From the NCBI RefSeq assembly GCF_006345805.1, contig NC_043000.1, positions 161,634,001 through 161,698,000 on the forward strand: a DNA stretch of 64,000 nt, given 5' to 3'. A program made the translations under genes and the position numbers. This stretch comes from Octopus sinensis (taxonomy: Eukaryota). Positions 23,669 through 36,784 of the stretch are shown in pieces (position 1 is the first letter of the stretch; each line of letters opens with the position of its first letter). The notes under the pieces were generated by a model. The model worked only from the letters and a program-made list of their open reading frames with translations, did not search any database and was not told the DNA's origin.

Positions 23669-23726
23669 ATATCAGTAAACAAAAGGACTGGAAGACGTAG
23701 TCGACTACTACAAATGTTTCAAGAGC
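23584..23726. repeat. ~38-bp inverted repeats enclosing a (TG)n tract
   Basis: gcttttgaaacatttgtagtactcgactacgtcttcca ... tggaagacgtagtcgactactacaaatgtttcaagagc. Confidence 0.85.
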
Positions 23727-25169
23727 GCATCGAATGCACATGACGTAACAGTATGAATGCCTTGAAGCCGTTCAGTGTAGTTGTTCATCAGGTTCATATG
23801 ACAGTTTAGTTATAAATAGTCCACCCTAATGGAAAATGGAAAAGAAAGTAGGGCTAGTAGAAAGAGTGAAAAAAAAGTGGGAGTAGAGATTGGAATTGGT
23901 GAAGAACCGACGAGATAGACAGGGGTGTGGTTTCACCTAATTATCTGCATACTCAAAATATTGTAAAGGCCTAACTCATCGTAACGCAAATGCGACCATA
24001 AGTGGTATCCAAACTACAGTGGAAAAGGCAAGCCACTGGATTTGTTTAAGAAGAGACGATGAGCAATGGCTAGAAGAATATTGAGAGAAACCTTGATAAC
24101 CAGTTGATCTAGCAAAGAGGACCTCAATTCAGTGCGGGGGCAGGTGCGCAATGATGCCGTCAAGAGGTAGGCCCCGAATCAGCGCGTATTCTCTCCTGAT
24201 GACCCCATATATATTTTTTTTTTGAGATATACACAGCCAAATATACGAACATATAACTACATAACCTTTACACATATATAATAAAAAAAACAATTACGCA
24301 ATAGTATACAGGTACAGGTGCATAACACACTTCGACGTAAATCTTACGAACGAATACCATTGTACGTTATTAAAATAAAGGTATAATATCAAGTGTACAT
24401 GTAAATCCATGCAGATGCACGCTAGAAGTCAATTAACGGTATTGGGAGAAAAAATAATGCGACAAAAAAAGCTGAAATGCGACAGGTGAACAAAGTTACA
24501 TGCACAGTTATAGAGGCATAAATTCATAGGCACAAAAAAATACACAGGCACATGTACGATTGAGGTGGTTGGGCATGTAGAAAGACGAAACATGAAAGCA
24601 TCTAAGTATAGGATACAACATAACACTTAGGAGAAATGGACAGTAACCGAAGTAATATGTTAGCAGTCAAGAGCGAAAGGTGTGGGAAGTGTACTAATTC
24701 TTGTCAGATACCTACATCACCATGAAATAATAACATTGATGAGTAATGTAGAATTCAGAGTTTGGAATAATAGTAAATAAAATTAGGTGAAATGTTAACA
24801 AGAGAGCATCATAATTATACTAAATATTGTTAATAATGTTAACCGGTTAAATTACGGATCTAGAGGTGAGGAAAGGTGAAGTTCCTTATGAAATTTTCAA
24901 AGAGTGTCAAGATTTGGTTAACAGGAATTAGGACTTGTAGCTGAGAAAGTATTGCATAGTCTGTTTATACATCGAATGAGTTATATGGCGTCAAAAAGTG
25001 AAGTTCTTCAATAAGTTATCATTAATAAGAAATGAGGTGGGATGAACTAGTAATGTTAAATGGGAATTAGAATTTTAGCGGGGAAAATGTGTGATTTACA
25101 TCTCCTAAGCTCATCAAATCTATTAATAATGTTGTCTTTACTGCACATGATGAGCATACACTCAGCAAT

Positions 25170-25543
25170 TTGAGGCGCAATGGCCCAGTGGTTAGGGCAG
25201 CGGACTCGCGGTCGTAGGATCGCGGTTTCGATTCCCAGACCGGGCGTTGTAAGTGTTTATTGAGCGAAAACACCTAAAACCTCCACGTGGCTCCGGCAGG
25301 GGTTGGTGGTGATCCCTGCTGTACTCTTTCTCTCACTCTTATTTCCTGTTTCTGTTTTACCTGTATTTCAAAGGGCCGACCTTGTCACTCTCTGTGTCAC
25401 GCTGAATATTCCCGAGAACTACGTTAAGGGTGCACGTGTCTGTGGAGTGCTCAGCCACTTACACGTTAATTTCACGAGCAGGCTGTTCCGTTGATTCGGA
25501 TCAACCGGAACCCTCGTCGTCGTAACCGACGGAGTGCTTCCCC
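25170..25543 (+). mobile_element. Full-length tRNA-derived SINE with 12-bp TSD
   Basis: A box tggcccagtgg, B box gtttcgattcc; acactcagcaat at 25158-25169 and 25544-25555. Confidence 0.9.
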
Positions 25544-26219
25544 ACACTCAGCAATGCATAACGAACACCTATTATAACCACCACAAGATTTCTCAAGCTG
25601 AATGAGCGACTATTTGATACTGTAGTCAACTAAATTCTTTTAATTTCGAAATTATTTTGGATAAAGACGTGCTAGTAGCTTTAGCTTCAGACCTAAAGAT
25701 TAGATCTCCAAATTCTTTCCTCTTCCCTATATTTACTCCGTATGGGCTTTTATTACTCATATTTCCCTATGCTAAGCAATGAATATCCCTGCTTTCGGCT
25801 GCCGGCTGCCCATTGTTGACGCCAAAATATATATTAATGAGGTTATAATCTACTACAGCCACTACAATATTTTGAGTAGGCTGATAACGAAAGGAAGCCA
25901 CACCTTTATCTATCTCGATAAGGTACTGTACTGATACTTATCTCCATTCTAACCTTTTTTTATTCTTTTAGCTAGCCCTACTTTCTTTTGCATTTTCCAT
26001 TAGGGTGGACTATTTTCAAATAAGTAGTCTTATGTACCCGATGAACAACTACAAAACATTCGTAATGTTACGTAAGATGCACCCAATAGTACTCGATTAC
26101 ATCTTCCATCCCATCATTTACAGATTTGATTATCGCTTTGTTTGATGCTTTCGAAATGGAGTTGTATAACACCTGTTATCTTATGTATAACTGTGAAGAT
26201 CTCACTCTCCAGATTCGTT

Positions 26220-27020
26220 TTTCACTCTCAAGATCGGTGTGTGATATACTAACTGTACATATAAGACAACTCAATATAGTTGTAGATACTACTTATCGCC
26301 TACCAGTTGCTTCAGATCACACAGGCTTGTTTGACGACTGCCTTTCAAGATTAGAAGGTTTAACCAATGTACTTTTCATGGGAAACTTCAACTTTCGCAA
26401 CGTAGAATAGCCTAAAAGTCTTTTCCTCACAGGAATGACACTATGTGAACAAAGGCAGATGGAATCCCTGCCCAAACGCACTAACAAGTTATACATGGAG
26501 CAAAGAATACTTCAACCAACCAGGGCACACAATATACTTGATCTCTACTTTACAAACAATATGGATCTCATCTATAATGTGAAAGTAACACTGAGGCTAG
26601 ACTCGGATCACAATATAATGGATCTAACCATGTATGGACCAAAGAAATCCACAGACTTGCAGCCTATGAGAAACACCTAAAATCTACCCTAGCTGAACTT
26701 CCATAAAGCAGACTGGAAATCAATTGAGAAAGAGATCATCAAACAGAATTGGCCCCAATGTCTCTCTACACGTGACACAACGAGGATCAAAGAATTTATG
26801 TCTGAAATGCAAGCCATATGCTACAAGATTTCCCAGAGACAAAAAACCATTGTACATAAGAACAAAATTCACAAGGAGAATATATAAGATGGCGTACATA
26901 GAGAGTAAACTGCCTCAACAGAGAACTCAATGGCAGCGAAAAATTCCGCCTGGGAACAACACTACTGGAGACTGAGAAACATCTGAAATGACTCACATGA
27001 AAAAGAAAGGGAAAAGAAGC
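26220..27020 (+). mobile_element. CR1/Jockey-group LINE AP-endonuclease remnant
   Basis: TYRLP, VLFMGNFNF, QPTRAHNILDLYFTN, SDHNIM, NFHKADW. Confidence 0.8.
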
Positions 27021-27639
27021 CTTAGTTATGTATGTATGTATGTATGTATGTATGTATGTATGTATGTATGTGTGTATGTATGTATGTATGTATGTATGTG
27101 TGTATGTATGTATGTATGTATGTATGTATGTATGTATGTATGTATGTATGTATCGTGTACTGTTCGCTTGTTGATAGGATCAGTAAAACCATACTTAATC
27201 AGGTGAGAGATATCATTTAATGAATACAGGAGTTGTACGCGAACTGCTTTAAATCTTATACTTGGGTAGTGCTATAATCGGATGGTCTTGTATAGCTTAC
27301 CGTGTATCATCGAATAATTATTCAGGCTGCTCCTTGAGGAAATGCGAAAAAAAACGTACAAGAGAAAAAAATGAAAAGAAAAGGGCCCAAAACGTTTTGG
27401 GAGAAGGGCATAACGATAATGTCCGTTTAATCCATTAATTGAAGCATCATTTTATGTTGAAAGTTTACATTTATAAAATCTACACCTAGTGGAGGTAGTC
27501 ATATGGCGTATCTGTCAAACTGTATCTAATCCAGTGAAAGGTGCGTCTTCCAAATCGTTAAGAGAAACTTGTCGTGACTCACACATTCAAAAATCTCTGA
27601 TCTCTTTTTATTTGGGAACAATGTCTTACTACTATATAG

Positions 27640-27835
27640 CAGTGGTTCCCAAACTATGAGTCGCGACCCACAGGTGAGTCGCGAACTGAATCTTAGTGGG
27701 TCGCAAAAAGTTATAAAATTACGCATTAGCTTTCATTAACTGCTGTCTACTGTTAACTCAGTAGAGTTAAGTGGGTCGCCATAAACTGGTGTGATAAATA
27801 GTGGGTCGCGACTCTAAAAAGTTTGGGAACCGCTG
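27640..27835. mobile_element. hAT (Charlie-like) MITE, 196 bp
   Basis: TIRs CAGTGGTTCCCAAACT / AGTTTGGGAACCGCTG, internal gggtcgc repeats, perfect 8-bp TSD ctatatag (27632-39, 27836-43). Confidence 0.95.
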
Positions 27836-29099
27836 CTATATAGTATCGCAGTTTGTAGACAAGTCTCATTCAGTTAACTTTTCACTGTGAAAGGGAAACC
27901 ATTTGTTCAACCTGCTCTTTCTCTGGCTACCATAGTTTTGGAACATCCTTCGCCACTAATTAGATCATCAATATGTCAAAAGATATCTACTACCTCAATG
28001 AATCCTCCTGGACGTTCAGGAAACTCTAATTCTCCTGGGGTCTATTTCCTTGCTCCTATGCGTTAGCCAAATACAAAGTCTACTTCCTCTATTTACTTTC
28101 TTGTGATCACATGACACATTTTGTGAGCCTATAGTTTGCATTAAGTACATGAATGGAATTACTACCAACATCTTTTCTATATCTCGAGCAGGGCCATTTT
28201 CCTGAAGAAAGCAGTGTTCTGTCTGTTTACCTTTGGTTTTTGTTAAGTTGATTCTAGTCTTTACTTCCAGACCTGCAATTTCATTTCTAAGTCTATTAAA
28301 GTTTTTGGGTCCTCTCATATGAATTCAACCAAAATTTTAAAAATTTGCACATGACCAACTCAGGTTTGGCTCAATTTTTTGGTTTTCTTTTGGTAATATC
28401 TCTATATACCTAAGGAACACATGCATAAATTTAGGGTAAAACTCCAAAGAGTTTCAAATATATGCACCTCCAAAATTTGAGGACCACGCCCCTCGCAGAG
28501 GGCGAGTGTCAATTTCTACAGATTATGGTGTTGAATATCTTTAAATTGGCTACCCTGGTTAATCTAAACCCCGCTTGCCAGAATTTTCCATCAGAATTGT
28601 TCTGTCTCCCTTTATTTTTAAGTTATTTGTCTTTCAAATATGAATCTTTTCCTAGGCAGAAATTTAAAAAATCAGCATGCAAGGACTCTCCATGAGGTCA
28701 AAATATCTATTTTTATATCCTTCTATACGTTGGATATACAAATTTCACGAGGCGGAGATAGACACAACTGTCTTCACACGACGTGCTTCAAATTACTCCA
28801 CTAAACATGATACTCCAATAGATACAAACTCTCAATGATTTTAACGACTTCCTACGACCTCCACAAACTCTCAACGACTCCTACGATTTCCCTCGTCTCA
28901 ACCAATACGCTACTCCTTCGGTTAGTCCATTCTTCCAATTCCACAGGGTTGTCAATGACTCTCGCTACATCACTAATACAAGCAAACTATTGCTGAGTTT
29001 CTTCAATTGAGGACCGATTTGTCCATATAAATATTGACAACGCACAAAGCATTATATAATATTTACAAGCCTTTGAAAATGGTTCGGGGTGACAAAAAT

Positions 29100-32010
29100 T
29101 ACCTTATAATACATAATAACAAATAGTATTAACCTGGCCGTCACAGAACTAATAGCCACAGAAACAAATGTGAATATGACCAGGCCAAATAATATATATG
29201 CAGCAGCCTCTGTGGCCCCAGAAAAAGCTGGATACCCCACAAAACCCATCCAGACAGAAGTATCACCACCTAAACAAACCCTGTGGATAAACTATATCGA
29301 GAAAGAGTTGTAGACAATCAACACTACTAAGCAACAAGAAGAGAAGAAAAATACTACGTAAATACAAAATTACAGAACAAGGTATACCTGAGGTAAATGA
29401 ATAGCTAAAGCAAGATCTCGCCAAACCACAAAGAATCCGCCGGTATGAGAAATGCTAACATTCCTTTGAACAAAACAAATGGTTCGACTCCAACTCCAAA
29501 AGATCCTGCCAAGAACTTGGCAAAAATAAAGTAGAGATCAAGGCAGCACCAACAGCAGCAGAAGTGGAGGAATTTTGGAAAGAAATATGGTCGGCGAAGG
29601 AACAACCTCAGAAAAGGTGTATCAAAACAACGATTACAGCCCCTGAGCAACTCTGGAACCCTATAACATTTGAAGAGGTCTCCAAAATACTGCAAAAACT
29701 AAGCAACTGGAAGTCACCTAGACGCGGCAATAGTACCAACTTCTGGTTAAAATACCTAACAGGAACACATAAAAAGCTGGCTGAGAGATTTAATGAAATA
29801 CTAGCAGAGCCAGAGACAATACTTAAATGGCACACAAAAGGGAAAACTATCCTAATTCCCAAATCCACTGAAACAGCAAACCCACAAAATTATAAAGCGA
29901 TAACTTGTCTCCCTTCACTTCACAAAGCTTTTACTGCAATAATATCGCTGAGAACGAGCAAGCATCTGGAAGAAAACAACCTGTTTCCAGAAGAGCAGAA
30001 AAGACGCTGCCAGAGCTCATACGGCAGTAAAGATTAGCTACTAATCAATAAACCCATAACTGAAGACAGCCACAAAAAGAAGGGTCTAAGTATGGCATGG
30101 ATCGATTATCGAAAGGCTTTTGATGGTATTCCCCACACATGGATCATAGAAACACTAGCCATTAACAAAGTAGCACTAATAATCATAAAATATATCAAAA
30201 CATTCCGTGAATAAATGGCAGACAGTGCTACAGCTGCAGACAAAAGAGGAATTCATAAGAGCCAAAGCCATCCCCATTAGAAGAGGAATATTCCAGGGAG
30301 ACACACTCTCTCCAATCCCTTTATGCGTGGTGGCTCTGACACCTTTATCTGACATGCTAAAGAGAACTGGATGTGGATACAACTGTTACGGCAAAACAAT
30401 CAGCCACCTCTTATATGTGGATGATCAAAAACTGTACGCTACAAATGATAAACAGCTGGAAACATTGCAACAGACAGTACACGGATTTACCAAGGAAATA
30501 AACATGAAATTTGGCTTAGAAAAATGTGCCTAGTAGCCTTGAAAAGAGGAAAACTAGCTAAGAGTAGCAACATCACACTAGATAAAACAAATGAAATAAA
30601 AGAATTAGACCGAAGCCAGATATAGAAATCCTTAGAAATCAATGACATAGATACAACACGCACAAATGAAAGAGAAGATAAAAGAATACTGTAGACGAGT
30701 TAGATCAATACTAAAAACAGAGCTCAATGTGAAAAACAAGATAATAGGTGCCAACACTCTAGCAATCCCAGTTATAAGTTGCAGCTACAATATTCTTAAC
30801 TGGACTCTAAATGAACTAATCAAAATTGAGACGAAAACAAGAAAAATAATGACAGGATTTAGGATGCACCACCCAATATCTGACATAGAAAGGTTATATA
30901 ATCAACGTATGGAAGGCGGTAGAGGCCTTATACAGCTAGGAAAATATTACAAAATAACCACCATAGGACTACAGAAGTACCTACTTCAGAAGCTAGGAAA
31001 ACTAATTCACAAAACGCGAACAAAACAAAGAACTGTTTTCAGTCTTTAAGGAAGCTGACAAATACGAAAAAGAAGTCATAGTACCTAACACCTATAAAGA
31101 AAAAGAAGAAACAACAAAAGCTGTAAAACAACTGAAATCCAAACTAAAACTGGAGCAGCAACAGATCATGATAAAACGATGGCAAGAAAAGCCCCTTCAT
31201 GGCAAATACTGGACTAAACTAAACGCAAAAGAGACAAAGTAAAATCACAACAATGGCTGAGGAACTTAGGACTCACAGCACAAGACCAAAGCCTCCCCAC
31301 CAGAAATTACCAAAAACATGTAATGAAGAAAAAAATACGGCCAGCAACTGCAGAATATGTGAAGATGGCAAGAAAATAAATCATACTATCTCTGGCTGCT
31401 CAGTCCTGGCTAAGAAAGAATATATTTACAGACATGATAGAGTTGGGATCTATATACACTGGAAGTTATGCCAACACTACGGCATAACAACAAAAAAATA
31501 AAGATGGTACAGGCACACGCCAAAAGAGGTCACAGAAAGTGAGAAAGCAACCATACTACGGGAGATGCTAATACACACAGATAGAGAAATTAAGGCCAAT
31601 AAGCCGGATACAGTTGTCAGAGATCATCAAGAAAAATATGCTCTCTAATCACGGTATCAATACCTACAGCGGACAATGTTATTCTAAAAGAAACGGAGAA
31701 ACTCTCAAAATACAAAGACCTGGCAATAGTGATAACTCGAATGTAAAGTCTAAAAGCAGAAAAATTCCTATCATAGTGGGCGCATTAGGTATGATTGAAA
31801 AATATTCAGAAATATACATAGCAAAAACACCAGAATTAACAAGTATATATAACATACAGAAAATAGCACCACTAGGAACCGCACACATTCTAAGTAAAAC
31901 ACTTTCAATACAGTAAAAATAAGAGAATCACAACAAACCACAGCACATACTCAAGGTACACAGTGCTGCGCTCGGTTGTGCAGTGAAAGGACGTGATAAA
32001 AATAAGACTA

Positions 32011-32013
<3 letters not shown>
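29100..32013 (+). mobile_element. Dong/R4-clade LINE, long decayed copy (RT + CCHC + REL)
   Basis: NWKSP..NFWLK, GKTILIPK, NYKAITCL, WIDYRKAFD, RRGIFQGDTLSP, HLLYVDDQKLY, CRIC..HTISGC, PIIVGALG; ends at (TAA)n. Confidence 0.95.
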
Positions 32014-32079
<66 letters not shown>

Positions 32080-32080
<1 letters not shown>

Positions 32081-34121
32081 GGCTGAACAAGCACCTGGAC
32101 GAAAACAAACTGTTCCCAGAAGAGCAGAAAGGATGCCGCAAAGGCTCATATGGCTGTAAAGATCAACTAATGATTAATAAAGCCGTAACTGAAGACAGCC
32201 ACAGAAAGAAGAAAGGCCTCAGTATGGCCTGGATTGACTACAAAAAGGCGTTTGATAGCATCCCCCACACATGGATCCTCGAAACACTAGCCATTAACAA
32301 AGTAGCACCAACAATCATAAAATTCATAGAGCACTCTATGATAAATGGCAAACAGTCCTACACCTCCAAACAAAAGAGGGACTCATGAAAACCAAAGACA
32401 TCGCCATTAGAAGAGGAATATTCCAGGAGACACGCTCTCTCCACTCCTTTTCTGCTTCGCACTGTCACCTCTATCTGATATGCTAAATAGAACTGGATGC
32501 GGATATAAATGTTACGGCAAAACGATCAGCCACCTTTTATATATGGATGACCTAAAACTATACGCTGCAAATGACAAACAGCTGGAAACACTATTAAAGA
32601 CAGTTCATGGATTTACCAAAGAAATAGATATGAATTTGGATTAGAAAAATGCGCCAAAGTAACCATGAAAAGAGGAAAACTAGTTAAGAGTAACAACATC
32701 ACACTAGATAAAACCAATGAAATAAAAGAATTAGACCAAAGCCAAACTTACAAATACTTAGGAATCCATGAACTAGATAAGACACAACACACACAAATGA
32801 AAGAGAAAAAAAAGAAGAATATTATAGACGAGTTAGATCAATACTAAACACAGAGCTCAATGCTAAAAACAAGATAATAGGTATCAACACTTTAGCTGTC
32901 CCAGTTATAAGTTACAGCTACAATATCCTTAACTGGACACGAAATGAACTGTCCAAAATAGATAGGAAAACAAGAAAAATACTGACAGGATCTAGGATGC
33001 ATCACCCAAAATCTGACATAGAAAGACTATATATACAACGTATAGAAGGTGGTAGAGACCTTATACAGCTGGAAAACTACTATAAAATAACCACCATAGG
33101 ACTGCAAAAATACCTACTTCAGAAGGAAGGAAAACTGATCCAGATAGCAGCAAAACACGAGCAAAACAAAAAACTGTTCTCAGTATTTAAGGAAGCTGAC
33201 AAATACAAACAAGAAATCATACCACCTAATAAACACGAAGAAGAAGAAGATGATGAAGAAACAACAAAAGCTATAAAACAAATGAAATCCAAACTAAAAA
33301 TAGAACAGCAACGAACCATGATAAAACGATGGCAAGAAAAGCCCCTTCATGGTAAATACTGGACTAAACTAAACGTAAAAGAAATAGACAAAGAAAAATC
33401 CCAGCAATGGTTGAGAAGCTCAGGACTCAAAGCAGAAACAGATGTTGTGATGCTCTGATGGTTATTGTATGGAAAGTGTTCTGCGTAGGATGTGTGCAGT
33501 GCCTAGTAGTGTATGTTATATGTGTTTGTAAGTCCTGGTGTTTTTGTTATGTATTTGTCTGAATATTTTTTTATCATGCCTAATGCACCTACTATGATAT
33601 GAATTGTTTCTGTTTTCAGATTCCACATTCTAGTTACCTCTATTTCCAGGTCTTTGTATTTTGAGAGTTTCTCCATTTCTTTTAGAGACACGTTGTCATC
33701 AGCCGGTATTGATACATCAATTAGAAAGCATTTTTTTCTTCATGATCTCTGACAACTATATCTGGTCTGTTGGCCTTAATTTCTCTATCTGTGTGTATCG
33801 GCATATCCCAGAGTATGGTTGCTTCCTCGTTTTCTGTGATCTTTTCTGGTATAGGCACACACCAGAAACAATTCCTATCATAGTAGGTGCATTAGTCATG
33901 ATAAAAAAATATTCAGACAAATACATAACAAAAACACCAGGACTTACAAACACATATAACATACAGAAAATTGCACTACTAGGCACTGCACACATCCTAC
34001 GCAGAACACTTTCCATACAATAACCATCAGAGCATCACAACAAATCACACCACATACCCAAGGCACACAGAGCTGCGCTCGGTAGTGAAGTGAAAGCACG
34101 CTATAAAAATAAAACTACTGA
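32080..34121 (+). mobile_element. Dong/R4-clade LINE, 5'-truncated second copy with internal inversion/duplication (33443-33850)
   Basis: EEQKGCRKGSYGCKDQLMIN, WIDYKKAFDSIPH, LYMDDLKLY; same 3' UTR as 31920-32013; begins and ends in TAA repeats. Confidence 0.95.
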
Positions 34122-34137
34122 ATAATACTAATAATAA

Positions 34138-35128
34138 TCGTTTAACGTCCGCTTTCCATGCTAGCATGGGTTGGACGATTTGACTGAGGACTGGTGAACC
34201 AGATGGCTGCACCAGTCTCCAATCTGATCTGGAAAATTTCTACAGCTTGATGCCCTTCCTAACGCCAACCACTCCGAGAGTGTAGTGGGTGCTTTTACTT
34301 GCCACCGGCACGAAGGTCAGTCAGGCGGTACTGGCAACAGCCACGCTCAAATGCTGTTTTTTACGTGCCACCTGCACAGGAGCCAGTCCAGCGGCACTGG
34401 CAACGACCTCGCTCGGATGTTTTTTCACGTGCCAGTAAGGCGCTGCTGGTAACGATCACGCTCGAATGGTTCTTTTTACGTGCCACCAGCACAGAAGCCA
34501 GTCAGCAGTTCTGGCAACGATCACGCTCGGATGTTGCTCTTAGCGCTCCACTAGCACGGATGTCAGTCATCGATTTTTATTTCGATTTCACTTGTCTCAA
34601 CAGGTCTTCACAAGCAGAGTTTAGTGTCCAACGAAGGAAATGTACACATAAGTGGGCTGGTTACGCCCCTGGCATAGGCCACGAGGTTATGGTCCAACTA
34701 GGCTTGCCGGATCTTCTCAAGCACAGCATATTTCCAAAAGTCTCGGTCACTAGTCATTGCCTCGGTGAGGCCTAATGTTCGAAGGTCGTGCTTCACCACC
34801 TCATCCCAGGTCTTCCTGGGTCTACCTCTTCCACAGGTTCCCTCAACCGCTAGGGTATGGTACTTTTTCACACAGCTATCCTCATCCATTCTCGCCACAT
34901 GACCATACCAGCGCAGTCGTCTCTCTTGCACACCACATCTGATGCTTCTGAGGTCCAACTTTTCTCTCAATGTATTTACCCTCTGTCGAGTATGCACACT
35001 GATATTACACATCCATCGGATCATACTGGCTTCATTCCTTTCGATCTTACGCATGACCTCAGCAGTCACGGCCCATGTTTCACTACCATGTAGCATGGCT
35101 GTTCGTACACATGTGTCATACAGTCTAC
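34138..35128 (-). mobile_element. RTE-clade LINE 3' end with tandem repeats in the 3' UTR
   Basis: VRTAMLHGSETW...RRLRWYGHVARM...GRGRPRKTW; ~55-bp units (ttttacgtgccac...) at 34290-34560; same tail at 47170-47325, 52050-52105, 54705-54952, 59580-59898. Confidence 0.95.
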
Positions 35129-35136
35129 TTATATAT

Positions 35137-36030
35137 ATACATATAAGTGGGTTGACCACTAAGTGGACATCCATTATGATAGAAGTCCATCCCCTGTGGT
35201 CTGATTTGTGATTAATCTGTATAGTTTGTATCTTTCATTTGTCTTGCTCACTTACGTTCTGGCGTTTGCTAAATTTTCTTGAGAACATTCCTTTCTTAGT
35301 GGTAAGACCATAGGGGTCGTTTTCTAGCACAGTGGATGTCCACTTAGTGGTCATCCCCCTTATATGTATGTAATATAATTTTTATGAATTTTCAGATTTT
35401 TCTATATGCTAGACCACTGGTTTTAAATTGATATCAATCAAATTAATATTCAATTTTAAACCCTTATTATTTTAAATTTAGATTTAAATAACTATGTTCT
35501 CTAACCGGCAAAATTCACTGCAGAGAATTATTTTCTGCAGAATTATTTCCGGTATTTTGGCGCGCCAAAACGAAGACTTTTGAAATATAACCCCAAACGA
35601 AGACTTTTGAAACATAACCCCTATAATTGGTAGAACACTATACATGTTTAATCTCATGCGGACGTCTCGTATATAGTTCTGCAAATTATATTTTGCTATG
35701 ACGATCACACTGACGAGTTGCGGACATCTACGTAAATGATTACGTAAGTAGTAACAACGAAACTGGTTTGTGATTAATCTGTATATTTTGTACCTTTTCA
35801 TTTGTTTTGCTTGCTTACGTTTTGGGGTTCGCTATATTTTCTTGAGAACATTCCTTTCTTAGTGGTAAGACCATAGGGGGTCGTCTTCTAGTTAATGGAT
35901 GTCCACTTAGTGGTCATCCCTCTTATATGTATGTAATATAAGCTTTCCGAATCTTCAGATTTTTCTATATGCTAGACCACTGATTTTAAATTGATATTAA
36001 TCAAATTAATGTTCATTATTTTAAATTTAT
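35137..36030 (+). mobile_element. Penelope-like/retrozyme-like element: ~1.5 direct units (562-nt period) plus a short inverted 5' arm
   Basis: 35201-35470 repeats at 35763-36030; 35137-35173 is the reverse complement of 35333-35369 and ~35896-35932; contains a hammerhead. Confidence 0.75.
35703..35775 (+). ncRNA. Type I hammerhead ribozyme motif, canonical core
   Basis: GAUCACA CUGACGA GUUG...(uacguaa-auga-uuacgua)...CAAC GAAAC ug GUU UGUGAUU. Confidence 0.85.
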
Positions 36031-36057
36031 GTGTGTGCGTGTGTGTGTATGTGTATG

Positions 36058-36167
<110 letters not shown>

Positions 36168-36366
36168 CAGACACAACGAGCTTCTATCAGATACTATCAA
36201 CTCACTAGGCTTTGGTCAGCTGGAGCTATAGAAGAAGGCATGGGCCAAGGTGCCACTCAGTGAGACTGAAGCTGGAACCATGTATTGGAGGGCGAACTTT
36301 TTACCATGTGGCCACACTTATACTGATAGGTACATATGTGTGTGTCTGTATATATATATATATATA

Positions 36367-36760
36367 TACTCTTTTACTTGTTTCAGTCATTTGACTGCGG
36401 CCATACTGGAGCACCGCCTTTAATCGAGCAACTCGACCCCGGGACTTATTGTTTTGTAAGCCCAGTACTTATTGTATCGGTCTCTTTTGCCGAACCGCTA
36501 AGTGACGGGGACATAAGCACACCAGCATCGGTTGTCAAGCAATGCTAGGGGGACAAACACAGACACACAAACACACACACGCATATATATACATATATAC
36601 GACGGGCTTCTTTCAGTTTCCGTCTACCAAATCCACTCACAAGGCTTTGCTGGGCCCGAGGCTATAGTAGAAGACACTTGCCCAAGGTGTCACGCAGTGG
36701 GACTGAACCTGGAACCATGTGGTTGGTAAACAAGCTACTTACCACACAACCACTCCTGTG
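36367..36760 (-). mobile_element. Full tRNA-derived CORE-like SINE (partial copies at 36170-36330, 38050-38405, 44270-44675, 45170-45315, 46950-47165)
   Basis: Reverse complement of the 42804-43435 sequence. Confidence 0.9.
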
Positions 36761-36784
36761 CATATATATATATATGAAATCACC

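Noticed and set aside
25173-25250. tRNA-like sequence with A and B boxes
   Set aside because: Head of a TSD-flanked multi-copy SINE, not a tRNA gene.
27900-28320. F*HIDDL motif on minus strand suggesting an RT (Penelope or BEL)
   Set aside because: Single short motif without other recognisable RT blocks.
34290-34560. Regularly spaced ~55-bp repeats resembling a CRISPR array
   Set aside because: Spacers are related to each other and lie in an RTE 3' UTR; eukaryotic context, no cas genes.
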